This document shows, piece after piece, positions 28,093-38,271 of a DNA stretch of 40,272 nucleotides; the first letter of the stretch is position 1, and every line of letters starts with the position of its first letter. The position numbers and the translations under genes were made by a program. Source of the stretch: Candidatus Hermodarchaeota archaeon. GTDB lineage: Archaea; Asgardarchaeota; Lokiarchaeia; Sigyniarchaeales; SOKP01. Below the pieces are notes generated by a model. It had not been told where the DNA came from. It searched no databases and saw only the letters and a list, made by a program, of their open reading frames with translations. Where the stretch lies: positions 7,118-47,389 of the forward strand of contig JBHLLP010000027.1 of assembly GCA_048885525.1 (NCBI GenBank), read 5' to 3'.

Positions 28093-29715
28093 ATGAAATC
28101 AAATAAATGGATTAGCTTTATCATAGCAAATATCTTTTTTTTTTCACTTCTGATAAATTCAATTAATTTATATTCTTGCTTAACTAGAGTAGAAATGAAT
28201 ACCAAATCCGAGTATCAAATAGAAAAGAAGCTAAAATCTTCAGCGTATTGGAATCTTACAGGTTCTCCGATAGATATTGATGATAGTGATCCCTTGAAAA
28301 ATTGGGCAACAACAGCAGCTACATATAATTGGTGTTCTGGCTCAGGTACTTTTTTGGATCCTTACCTCATTGAAAATGTTATAATTGACGGCCAAGGTTC
28401 GGGCAGTTGTATCACGATTAGAAATTCAATTACATTGTTTAAGATTAGAAATTGTACATTATATAATTCTGGATCGAACTCAGATAGTGATGGAGGAATC
28501 AAATTAGAGTCGGTTGACTATGGAGAAATAAGAGAAAACAATTGTTCAAACAATAAAGGAAACGGGATATTTTTAAGTAATTCATGGAATATCGGAATTT
28601 TTAAAAATATTGTGAATAATAACACTTATAGTGGAATAAGAGTGCGCTGGCGAGGATTGCATAGAATTTCAAATAATATCGCTAAATATAATTATGATGG
28701 GATAGATATTTTTCTTGCTAGTTCAAATTATGTTTCTAATAATATAGTTAAATATAATTATGAGGGGATTCTCATTTCTGGTGGTGGTGGAAATACTGTT
28801 TTAAATAATATCGCAACGAATAACTCTGGTAATGGATTATATGTAGGTGGTAGTGTAGAGAATAGATTTATAGATAATACAGCATGTAATAACACAGGTT
28901 CTGGAATATATATATCGGAGGGAAATGAAAATGAGTTTAGGGGCAATACTATAGATAATAATAAGAACTTTGGAATATATATATATCTTTCAATCAATTG
29001 TACAGTTTCAGAAAATGATATAAGATATAATGATTATGGGATTAAATTAGAACGTGATGGTATCCATACAGTTTCTGAAAACAATATAAGTTATAACATT
29101 CGTTACGGGCTACATTCGCTTAACAGTAACAGAAATAATATCAATAGTAACATTTTAGATAATAATCAAAGAGGAATATATCTACAGAACTCTGATAATA
29201 CATATATCTCAGATAACAGCCTAGCTAATAATTTTTATGGTCTTTATTTAGATCGATCTAATTATAATGATATATTTAATAACGATGTATGTGACAATAA
29301 CTTATCTTTACATGAAGGAGAAGATTGTGAAGGAAATATATTTAGAAAGAATGACTGCATAGATGATACTTTCCCCCCTGGACCTCCTCCCGAAATTATT
29401 ATAATAATCGTGATTTGTATAGCTGGTGCAATGATTACAGTTGGAATGGTTATCTACAAAAGAAAATCTTCAAGAAAAGAAATAGTTTCTAAAAAGCTGT
29501 TAAGTTCTTATAAATTAAAAAAAGAAATACGAAAAACTGAAGCTGAAGTGAGTGTAGAAAAAGAGTTCCATGTCTGTGTGGTACATAGAGGCAGAATTGT
29601 GGGAGCTGTATATATATGTCCTGAGTGTGAAACATATTATTGTATGAAATGTGCTATTACCTTGAAAGAGAAAGGTGAAACATGCTGGGTATGTAAGAAG
29701 GAAATTGAACTCTAA
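28093..29715 (+). CDS. Cell-surface NosD/CASH parallel beta-helix protein with TM helix and cytoplasmic RING-like zinc finger
   Basis: N-terminal hydrophobic signal, GSGTFLDPYLIEN, many N-rich PbH1 repeats, TM (IIIIIVICIAGAMITVGMVIY), KRK stop-transfer, C-x2-H-x10-C-x2-C-x4-C-x2-C-x10-C-x2-C. Confidence 0.85.
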   Translation: MKSNKWISFIIANIFFFSLLINSINLYSCLTRVEMNTKSEYQIEKKLKSSAYWNLTGSPIDIDDSDPLKNWATTAATYNWCSGSGTFLDPYLIENVIIDGQGSGSCITIRNSITLFKIRNCTLYNSGSNSDSDGGIKLESVDYGEIRENNCSNNKGNGIFLSNSWNIGIFKNIVNNNTYSGIRVRWRGLHRISNNIAKYNYDGIDIFLASSNYVSNNIVKYNYEGILISGGGGNTVLNNIATNNSGNGLYVGGSVENRFIDNTACNNTGSGIYISEGNENEFRGNTIDNNKNFGIYIYLSINCTVSENDIRYNDYGIKLERDGIHTVSENNISYNIRYGLHSLNSNRNNINSNILDNNQRGIYLQNSDNTYISDNSLANNFYGLYLDRSNYNDIFNNDVCDNNLSLHEGEDCEGNIFRKNDCIDDTFPPGPPPEIIIIIVICIAGAMITVGMVIYKRKSSRKEIVSKKLLSSYKLKKEIRKTEAEVSVEKEFHVCVVHRGRIVGAVYICPECETYYCMKCAITLKEKGETCWVCKKEIEL

Positions 29716-29854
29716 TTGCTAATAACAACAATGAGTTAACAATCAATTGAAGCTTTATTGTGGATGAATTATATCTAATCATAGAGTAGATATACATAAT
29801 GTATTCTAATATATTCTACAATATACTTAAAAATTAAATTGTCTTAAAGAAATT

Positions 29855-32077
29855 TTGACACTCATGTATATTGAATTCATGATAAAGAAGTTTCTAAATA
29901 AACGAATGTTTAGAGCTCAAAAAAAACCACTCATCATTAGTGGGATTATAGGTGTTATTGCGATCGGGGGTATTATCGCTGGTGTATATTTTATTTGTGT
30001 TGATCTTTATCCCTCACATGAATATATAGTCCCTGGAGTAGACCCTAATTTAGATCCCGTACCATTAAACCAGATAATAAAAGTTGGAGTATTAGATGAT
30101 ATGGATCACATTACAGGAGATCATGCATGGAAGGGGGCATACCTGGCTGCTAAAGAAATAAATGAAGGGGGAGGTATTTTGGTTAATGGAACTCAATATT
30201 ATATCGGACTTGTTTCTGGGAACACTAATGAAGTGCATGGAGTGTTTTATAAGGGAGCTATTGTTGCACAAGATATGATAGATAATCATGACCCTCATTT
30301 CATTACTGGAGGATTTATTTATAATTCTTTGGAAAATTACTTAGAAGTTATCATGGAGGATAAAATACTTTTTTTAAGTACAGGTACATCTATAGGAGGA
30401 TTATGTGACAAAGTTAGAGACAATTATGAAAGATATAAGTATATCTTCAGGGTTATGCCAATGAATGATGCTGGGTTCATCGGTAGCATTATTAATAATA
30501 CTAGATCTCTTGCCATTCACTTAAATACTACATATGGTGGAACGGGTAAAAACAAAGTAGCCCTTCTTCGTGATGAAATTGGAGAGTGGACGAATCTTGT
30601 GTGTGATATTTTAAAAACAGAACTTCCAAAATTTAATTTAACAGTAATAGATATTCCATTTCCTCTTAACCCATCAGTAGAAGATTTTGAAACTTGTTGG
30701 AGTCTAATTAAAACTGCGGAAGCTCAAATCACATGCTTCTTAAACATGTATACATTAAATGAAACGTTAAGAGTATCAGTTGATCAACAATATCAACTAA
30801 TAAAACCGCGTTGTTTATTTTATAGTGCTGTTGACATATATCCTCAATTTTCCTCATATTGGGATGACACAAAAGGGGCTTGTCAATATGAGATTTGTTT
30901 TCAATCGATTCATAATTCATCAAAGACTAACTTAACAATGCCTTATTTTAATAGTTTTGTAAGAGAGTATGGTGTTGAACCAGGTTACACCGCAACGGGG
31001 TCTTATGATGCTGTTTACTTGCTGAAACACGCAGTCATAGAATCCCAGTCCTTTAATTCTGATACAATAGTTAAAACTTTGGAAAAAATTAATACTTCAA
31101 ATCCTCTGACTGGGGTTGGCGGGAATCTGTCTTTCACACCATATCATGATCTGGAAATTGGTTATCCTTTTAGCTATGGATTATACTGCCAGTATAAATA
31201 TATTGATGGAACTAAAGTAGTTATCCCTTCAAGTTTAAATTATCCTGATTCTGTTGCTACCAGTTCTTTAAGGCTTCCGTACTGGGGGGTTAATGGACTT
31301 CTTACAGATCCACCAGGTCGTCCAGGAAATTTCACAATGAACAGTACTGCTGAGGAACCCGATTTAGATGGTAAATTTAATCTGACTTGGACGGTTTCTG
31401 AGGGCGCAGATAATTATTCTGTATACATGTCTGATAGCCCCATTGAATACATAAGTAAGAAATTCGATTTACTTGCTTATCAGACGTCAACAACTCGGCT
31501 TTCATTATTATTGAAAAAAGGGGAGTATTATTTCAGAGTTGTCGCCTATAATGAAACCGGGGAAACAATGTCTAGGGATGATGTATACGTTTCCATTCCT
31601 GGACCAGGACCTTTTGATTTACATACTGATGAACCAGTTGACACTGATGGGAAGTTCAATCTAGTATGGACTCCATCTGCGAGAGTTAAGAATTATTCTG
31701 TATTTCGTTATCATAAAAAAATCACATCTATAAATGAAAGTCTTACATGCTTAGCTAATCAAACTGCCCTGTCGCCATTTTCTATTACTGGATTACCAAA
31801 TGGAAGATATTATTTTGCAGTTGCTGCACATAATGAAATGGGGTTAACCTTATCTAATTGGGAGGATGTTGTTGTTCAAATACCTCCTAACTGGCCTATT
31901 ATATTTATAGTATCAATTAGCTCTGTCGCTGGTGTAGCATCTATTGGTTTAGGTTGGAGATATTTTAAGCATAAAGCTGAAAAAAAATTAGAACGAGAAC
32001 GTCGAGAACCCCCCATCGTAGAAGATATGAAAAGGCAGCCACTGGAGGGAGAAAAACCTGAAGATAAGCATAAATGA
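29855..32077 (+). CDS. Membrane-anchored type I periplasmic-binding (LivJ/Venus flytrap-like) protein with two FN3-like domains and C-terminal TM
   Basis: IKVGVL..GAYLAAKEINEGGGILVNG, YKYIFRVMP, SYDAVYLL..A; FN3-like LTW..GADNYSVY..YYFRVVAYN x2; TM at both ends. True start is probably a downstream ATG. Confidence 0.85.
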   Translation: MTLMYIEFMIKKFLNKRMFRAQKKPLIISGIIGVIAIGGIIAGVYFICVDLYPSHEYIVPGVDPNLDPVPLNQIIKVGVLDDMDHITGDHAWKGAYLAAKEINEGGGILVNGTQYYIGLVSGNTNEVHGVFYKGAIVAQDMIDNHDPHFITGGFIYNSLENYLEVIMEDKILFLSTGTSIGGLCDKVRDNYERYKYIFRVMPMNDAGFIGSIINNTRSLAIHLNTTYGGTGKNKVALLRDEIGEWTNLVCDILKTELPKFNLTVIDIPFPLNPSVEDFETCWSLIKTAEAQITCFLNMYTLNETLRVSVDQQYQLIKPRCLFYSAVDIYPQFSSYWDDTKGACQYEICFQSIHNSSKTNLTMPYFNSFVREYGVEPGYTATGSYDAVYLLKHAVIESQSFNSDTIVKTLEKINTSNPLTGVGGNLSFTPYHDLEIGYPFSYGLYCQYKYIDGTKVVIPSSLNYPDSVATSSLRLPYWGVNGLLTDPPGRPGNFTMNSTAEEPDLDGKFNLTWTVSEGADNYSVYMSDSPIEYISKKFDLLAYQTSTTRLSLLLKKGEYYFRVVAYNETGETMSRDDVYVSIPGPGPFDLHTDEPVDTDGKFNLVWTPSARVKNYSVFRYHKKITSINESLTCLANQTALSPFSITGLPNGRYYFAVAAHNEMGLTLSNWEDVVVQIPPNWPIIFIVSISSVAGVASIGLGWRYFKHKAEKKLERERREPPIVEDMKRQPLEGEKPEDKHK

Positions 32078-32145
32078 GAAGTAAATGAAGAAATAAGCTA
32101 ATTTCTTGAGCTTTACCATTTTTTTCCGAATCATTTATTATTTTC

Positions 32146-32185
32146 ATTAAGTTTTTAAAATTAAGGGTAATAAGATAATCTTAAG
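32146..32185 (+). promoter_or_regulatory. Conserved promoter copy 2 with palindrome TAAGAT-A-ATCTTA (32171-32183)
   Basis: Matches 27995-28034. Confidence 0.55.
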
Positions 32186-32204
32186 AAATTACAAATAGAT
32201 TTTC

Positions 32205-33692
32205 ATGAAATTAAATAAAGCAATTATCTATATAATTGTAAATATCTTTTTCTTTTCACTTTTGATAAATTCAATTAGACTGCATTCTTACTCGACTAGA
32301 GTAGAATTTATAACTAAATACGAGAATCAAAAAGACAAGAAGCCAAATTCTTCAAGCTATTGGAATCTGACTGGTTCTCCTATTTATATAGATGATTCTG
32401 ACCCAAACTATAATTGGAGTAAAACTGCTACTGATAACGCTTGGTGTTCTGGTTCAGGCACTTGGAATGATCCTTACCTCATTGAAAATGTTACGATTAA
32501 CGGCCAAGGTTCAGGCAGTTGTATCGAGATTAAAAATTCAAAAAAATATTTTATAATTAGAAATTGTACGTTATATCGTTCTGGATCTAATCCGGATACA
32601 GATGGAGGAATAAGGTTAGAAAGTGTTAGTAATGGAAAATTGATTAATAATACCTGTTTTCTTAATGAAAATGGGATGTATATTTTGAATGGATGTACTG
32701 ATAACAATATTTCTGAAAATATTGTCAGTAACAATACTGATAATGGGATATACTTGGATCATAGTAATTTGAACAATATTTCAAGCAATGTAGCTAATTA
32801 TAATTTAATTGGAATAAATATGAATTCAGTACATTATAGTAATATTTCTGGAAATATTGCTTGTAATAATTTTGAAGATGGATTAAATTTTTATATTGGA
32901 AGTGATAACACTTTTTCAAGAAATAAAGTATATAATAATCAAGAATCGGGAATATATATATCGGTTGGACATGATAGTGAGGTTATGGAAAATTTTATAG
33001 ATAACAACAATGATTTTGGGATATATATAGGAGATTCAAACTATTGTAGTGTCTCAAAAAATAACATAACAAATAATTATTACGGGATTTATTTGGATAA
33101 AATTCGTGGCTGCCATGAAATTTCTGATAACATTGCAAATAATAATGTGGAAGGAATATATTTGGAAAATTCTGATAATAATTATATCTTGAGAAACGAG
33201 ATTATTAATAATTCATATATTGGTCTTGATCTATTTAGATCCAATTATAACAAAGTAATCAAAAATATTTTATTTGGTAATGGGAGGGATTGGAGGGAAG
33301 AAGAATGCCAAGGAAATTATTACAAAGGTAATATTGGAATACCTGATACACCTGAAAGATTTCCTTGGGAGATTTTGATCCTAATTATGGTTTGTATAAT
33401 CGTAGCCATGATTGCAGTCGGAATGATAATCTATAAAAGAAAATCTTCAAGAAAAGAAAAAGAATCAAAAAAGTTGTTAAGTTCCTATAAATTAAAAAAA
33501 GAAATACGAAAAACTGAGTCTGAAGTCAACTTAGAAAAAGAATCTCACATCTGTGTAGTACATAGAGGCAAAATTGTTGGGACTATATACCTATGTCCTA
33601 AATGTGAGGCTTATTATTGCATGAAATGTGCGATTACCTTGAAGGAGAAAGGTGAAACATGTTGGGTCTGCAATACTCAAATTGACCTCTAA
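32205..33692 (+). CDS. NosD/CASH beta-helix - TM - RING-like zinc finger protein (paralog 2)
   Basis: Paralog of 28093-29715 with the same zinc-ligand spacing and a shorter beta-helix. Confidence 0.85.
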   Translation: MKLNKAIIYIIVNIFFFSLLINSIRLHSYSTRVEFITKYENQKDKKPNSSSYWNLTGSPIYIDDSDPNYNWSKTATDNAWCSGSGTWNDPYLIENVTINGQGSGSCIEIKNSKKYFIIRNCTLYRSGSNPDTDGGIRLESVSNGKLINNTCFLNENGMYILNGCTDNNISENIVSNNTDNGIYLDHSNLNNISSNVANYNLIGINMNSVHYSNISGNIACNNFEDGLNFYIGSDNTFSRNKVYNNQESGIYISVGHDSEVMENFIDNNNDFGIYIGDSNYCSVSKNNITNNYYGIYLDKIRGCHEISDNIANNNVEGIYLENSDNNYILRNEIINNSYIGLDLFRSNYNKVIKNILFGNGRDWREEECQGNYYKGNIGIPDTPERFPWEILILIMVCIIVAMIAVGMIIYKRKSSRKEKESKKLLSSYKLKKEIRKTESEVNLEKESHICVVHRGKIVGTIYLCPKCEAYYCMKCAITLKEKGETCWVCNTQIDL

Positions 33693-33904
33693 TAATTATC
33701 AACACCAATCTATTGAAAATTAATTAAAAATGCTTAAATTTTAGGTTATCTTAATTAAATGTTGAAAACCAATATATTTGAAATCAATTATGCAAAATAG
33801 AATAAAATGGTTGGTTTTATCTTTTCCCGCTAATTTTTTATTTATTTCAATTTTGCTTAAAAATATATGTAATTATAACAATTATAATAAAATTTGCTTT
33901 AAAG

Positions 33905-36073
33905 ATGTTGATGAGAATGAAATTTCTAAAAATTCGAAGGTTTAGAGCCCATAAAAAATCACTCATTGCTGCTGGGATTATAGGTGTTGTTGCGATCGCA
34001 GGTATTATTGCTGGTGTATACTTTTTTATAAAAGATCTTTATCACTCACATGATTATATCGTCCCTGGAGTTCCGTCTCCCGGACGATCAGATCGAATAA
34101 TAAAAATTGGATTATTAGATGACATGAATCACATTTCAGGAGATCATGCATGGAAAGGGGCATACCTGGCTGCTGAAGAAATTAATGAGAAAGGAGGTAT
34201 CTTAATAAATGGAGATAATTATTATATAGGACTTATCGCAGAAAATACCAATGAAGTATATGGAGAGTTAGATGAGGGAGTTATTGCAGCGAAACATATG
34301 ATAAAATATCATCACCCTCATTTCATCACTGGAGGTTTTGAACATTGGGCAATAGATCCTTACTTAGAAGTTATTATGGAAAAAAAAATACCTTTTTTAA
34401 CTACAGGGGATATGATGGATCAATTATGCCAAAAAGTTTTAGATGATTATCAAAGATACAAATATCTTTTCAGGATTATGCCGATAAATAATACGGGAAT
34501 ATTCATTAACATTTTTTGCAACATTGTATCTCTTGCCAATCATTTAAATCTAACATATGGTGGAACTGTAGACAAAATAGCCTTTCTATATGAATATCAT
34601 CCGTGGGCAACATCTATGATTGACGGTTTTAAAGATAATCTTCCATATAATATAGTAGCAGAGATTCCATTCCCTTTAAACGAATCATTAGCCGATTTTG
34701 AGACGTATTGGAACCAAATTGAAGCAGCAGAAGCTCAAATAACCCTTGTAATAAACATTAACAGAGTACATCAGCTGGGAATATTAATTGCTCAACATTA
34801 TAAAGCAGTAAAGCCACAGAGCCTTCTTTTTAATCTTCATCTACTTCCTCAAACTCCCTCATATTGGGATGATGCTGAAGGAGCTTGCCAATATGAGATT
34901 TTTATGCAACCTATTCATAATACATCAAAGACAAACTTAACGAAACCTTTTTTTAATAGCTTTGTAAGAGAATATGGTTATGAACCGTTTTACACTGGAG
35001 TGGGGTCTTATGATGCTGTTCAATTATTAGCATGGGCAATCAATGATTCGCAATCTTTCAATTCTGATACAATAGTTAAAACATTGGAAAAAATAAATAC
35101 CTCAAATCCATTTACTGGGGTTGCTGGAAAATTGGCTTTCACACCTTCTCATGATTTACAAATAGGTAAATCTTTTGGTCATAGTTTATTCTGCCAGTAT
35201 AAATATATTGATGGAACTAAAGTGGTTATCCCTTCACCCCTACTATATTATGATTCTATTGCTACTGGTTCTCTAAGGCTTCCGTACTGGGGGATTAACG
35301 GTCTTCTTACTGATCCACCTCAACCACCAAAGAATTTTACTTTGATCACCGATGCTGAGACTTCAGATTTAGATGGTGAATTTAATCTGAATTGGACGGT
35401 TTTTGAGGATGCTGATAATTATTCTATATATATGTCAGATAATTCTTTTGACTATATAAGCAAAAAATTTGAATTATTTGACTACCAAACTGCAACCCCT
35501 CCCTATTCAATGTCTTTGAAAAAAGGAGAGTATTATTTTAGGGTCGTTGCATATAATGAAACCGGAGAAACTATGTCGAATGAGGTCCATGTAAGTATAC
35601 CAGGACCGGAGCCTTTCTCTTTAACAGCGACGCCTCCCGATATTGATGGAAAATTCGATCTTCTATGGATTGCCTCTGAGGGAGCTGTTAATTATTCTGT
35701 ATTTCGTTATCATAAGAAAATCACCTCTATAAATGAAAGTCTTACATGTTTAGCTAATCAAACCGCACTGTCGCCATTTTCTATTACTGGATTACCTAAT
35801 GGGAAATATTATTTTGCGGTTGCGGCATATAATGAAATGGGATATACTTTATCAAATTGTGAAAAAGTTGTTGTTCAAATATTTCCTTGGCCTATTATAT
35901 TTATAGTATCAATTAGCTCTCTCATCGGTGTAGCATCTATTGGGTTAGGTTGGAGATATTTTAAGCATAAGGCTGTAAAAAAATCAGAAAGAGAAAGGCA
36001 AGAGCCAATTGTCGTAGAAGGAATGAAAAAGGAGCCATTAGAGGGAAAAAAGCCTGAAGATAAGAATAAATGA
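33905..36073 (+). CDS. TM - Venus flytrap-like - FN3x2 - TM protein (paralog 2)
   Basis: Full-length paralog of 29855-32077. Confidence 0.85.
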   Translation: MLMRMKFLKIRRFRAHKKSLIAAGIIGVVAIAGIIAGVYFFIKDLYHSHDYIVPGVPSPGRSDRIIKIGLLDDMNHISGDHAWKGAYLAAEEINEKGGILINGDNYYIGLIAENTNEVYGELDEGVIAAKHMIKYHHPHFITGGFEHWAIDPYLEVIMEKKIPFLTTGDMMDQLCQKVLDDYQRYKYLFRIMPINNTGIFINIFCNIVSLANHLNLTYGGTVDKIAFLYEYHPWATSMIDGFKDNLPYNIVAEIPFPLNESLADFETYWNQIEAAEAQITLVININRVHQLGILIAQHYKAVKPQSLLFNLHLLPQTPSYWDDAEGACQYEIFMQPIHNTSKTNLTKPFFNSFVREYGYEPFYTGVGSYDAVQLLAWAINDSQSFNSDTIVKTLEKINTSNPFTGVAGKLAFTPSHDLQIGKSFGHSLFCQYKYIDGTKVVIPSPLLYYDSIATGSLRLPYWGINGLLTDPPQPPKNFTLITDAETSDLDGEFNLNWTVFEDADNYSIYMSDNSFDYISKKFELFDYQTATPPYSMSLKKGEYYFRVVAYNETGETMSNEVHVSIPGPEPFSLTATPPDIDGKFDLLWIASEGAVNYSVFRYHKKITSINESLTCLANQTALSPFSITGLPNGKYYFAVAAYNEMGYTLSNCEKVVVQIFPWPIIFIVSISSLIGVASIGLGWRYFKHKAVKKSERERQEPIVVEGMKKEPLEGKKPEDKNK

Positions 36074-36295
36074 GAAGTAAAACTCAAATAAATTTAGATT
36101 CGATAGTTATAAAAGTAAATATCAGAAGTAGCTCTTAGTAGAAGATATATAATAACTTAAACTGAAAAATCTTTTAAATAAGAATTTGTATATGATTTTA
36201 TAAAACAAATGTTTAACATAAAAAATATTAACTATCCAAATGAAAATTAATTTAGCAAAAAAATAATTAAAATAATAAATAAATGATGTGATTTT

Positions 36296-37252
36296 ATGTC
36301 AAAGGAAGAAGAATCTGAAGATCCTGTTGAAGAAATTGAAAAAACTGCAGAAAAAGCAGCAAAAAAGCCCCGTGCAAAATCAAGAACAACCCCAACAAAG
36401 AAGAAAGTAAAGAAACCAGCTAAAAAAGAACCTACTCCAGAAGCACCTGCAAAACCTGCGAAAAGAGTCTTTAAAAAGCTGAAAGTAAACTTTTGGCGAA
36501 CTCGGTTGCATGATGAAGAGTTAGGAGTGCATCAACAACTCAAATACCAAGCAAAAACTCGTTGGTTTAGCAAGAATTTTGATATTGAAGGTGTGGTTGA
36601 GGAAGATGGAGAGAAAAAATATATTATTGCGTTCAATAAAGAACAATGGGAAGAAAGCCCTCTTGAGGAAAAAAGGTTAACGTGTCGTATTTTTACGATT
36701 ATGGAAGAAAAATTAACAGATGCAAAGGAAGCGAAAGGTGGGAATTTCAAAGGTGGGTTTGAATTGAGTGTCGCTCACTCATTAATCCAGAGTTATGAAA
36801 TTAAACATCCAGCTCCAGTATTTATCTTTCAAATCCCTAGAACAATATATTTAGCAAGATGTGTGAGAGGTTGGAGATTAGTAGGTACCTATTGGGCATG
36901 GCCTTTACTCCCAGAACAGACAGATGATAAATTACAGATGGTTACAGCCAAAGGAATTGTAGGACCAGGAAGAAATTATTGGATCTACATTGGTGACCAA
37001 AAAATTGCTAGAGTGGATGGACAAAGAGTTCAAAAAAATTTTGAAATTCAAATACTTGATGAGGCATATGCCAAAGATAAGATGTTTATAGTATATATGG
37101 TATTATTTGGATGTGCGTGTAATTTTATGAGAACTGCTGAAAAGATGACTAAACAACTCTATAAAAAAATGAAAAAAACAGCAACAACAGATTATAAAAT
37201 ACCTAGAAATGAGTTAACCTTGTTTAGGAATCCCAGAATGATGAGACGTTAA
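36296..37252 (+). CDS. Hypothetical protein; Lys/Pro/Ala-rich disordered N-terminus, possible Tubby-C/LURP-one-like beta-barrel
   Basis: 318-aa ORF; ..NYWIYIGDQKIARVDG..FEIQI.. followed by a hydrophobic helix (FIVYMVLFGCACNF). Fold call is tentative. Confidence 0.6.
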   Translation: MSKEEESEDPVEEIEKTAEKAAKKPRAKSRTTPTKKKVKKPAKKEPTPEAPAKPAKRVFKKLKVNFWRTRLHDEELGVHQQLKYQAKTRWFSKNFDIEGVVEEDGEKKYIIAFNKEQWEESPLEEKRLTCRIFTIMEEKLTDAKEAKGGNFKGGFELSVAHSLIQSYEIKHPAPVFIFQIPRTIYLARCVRGWRLVGTYWAWPLLPEQTDDKLQMVTAKGIVGPGRNYWIYIGDQKIARVDGQRVQKNFEIQILDEAYAKDKMFIVYMVLFGCACNFMRTAEKMTKQLYKKMKKTATTDYKIPRNELTLFRNPRMMRR

Positions 37253-37356
37253 AAATTAAAATTTTTCTTTTTTTATTCTTAGTTTTTTAACAACTTTGCT
37301 ATAAATTGATTTAAGAGTACCAAAAAAAATAATATAAAAAAAAAGTTATCTAAGGT

Positions 37357-38130
37357 TTATCCTACCTTCTGTTTTTTTTTCCACTCAATATATCCTCTAG
37401 TCTCTTTTCCTCGATGAAGAGCTTTTTGTCCAGTTTCTTGTTTATACACTGATTGTAAGGTTCTTTCATCCATTTCTTTTAATGCTTCTTTCTTGATACG
37501 ATCATCGACTTCCATCTCATCTTCAATAGTTTTTACACGTTTCAAAACAGCAAATACTCCATGATTCCAAAGCACGAATCCTATGAAAATAATACCTACT
37601 ATTAAAAAGATCATAAGTCCTACCCATAGAATCCATAAGCCGAACTTAAAATTATCAACCATCCATAGCCACCAACCCCATAGAGTATTCCAAAATGTAT
37701 ATGGCAGTAAACCTATTAAAAGTGCAAGAATGGTAATGTATAATCCAAATAAGGCAACTCCGATAAGAAGTCTTAAGGTACTATAATCCTCCCATTTTTT
37801 CGCTAATCGACGGTCTTTAAACATAATGTTACAAAGTTTTACCATACCTCCTCTGAATAAAGTATAAAATAGGACTAATAAAAACAAATGTCCAGTGACA
37901 ATACCAGCTATTATTGCTATTTGGAATCCTAGACCTAGACTTAGAAAAAATTGCCATGCTTGACCTGGAATTAGAGCTGTAATAATAACAAACCAAATTC
38001 CAAGCACCACAACAGCTGTAGCAACTATAAGTCCATAATAGATGAATTTAGCGATTCTAAGATCCCATGTGGAAAATGCATCTAAAGGATCAGGCTCCCT
38101 ATCAGGAGCTTTACGAGCTGCACGCGGCAT
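37357..38130 (-). CDS. Hypothetical 4-TM membrane protein
   Basis: Four hydrophobic segments arranged as two hairpins, with a charged C-terminal tail. Confidence 0.8.
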   Translation of the reverse strand: MPRAARKAPDREPDPLDAFSTWDLRIAKFIYYGLIVATAVVVLGIWFVIITALIPGQAWQFFLSLGLGFQIAIIAGIVTGHLFLLVLFYTLFRGGMVKLCNIMFKDRRLAKKWEDYSTLRLLIGVALFGLYITILALLIGLLPYTFWNTLWGWWLWMVDNFKFGLWILWVGLMIFLIVGIIFIGFVLWNHGVFAVLKRVKTIEDEMEVDDRIKKEALKEMDERTLQSVYKQETGQKALHRGKETRGYIEWKKKQKVG

Positions 38131-38271
38131 AATTACATCATTTTATTATTTTTTAAATTTTAATTATATTGGTATTCAAATTACTATATTTTAATTATTA
38201 GTTTTACTATTATTTATTTTTATTAGTTTATTGATAAGAAAATGATACCTTTTGCAAAATTTTCTTAAAAA

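Noticed and set aside
29855-36073. Branched-chain amino acid ABC transporter operon
   Set aside because: Only binding-domain proteins are present, with extra FN3 and TM domains; no permease or ATPase genes in the window.
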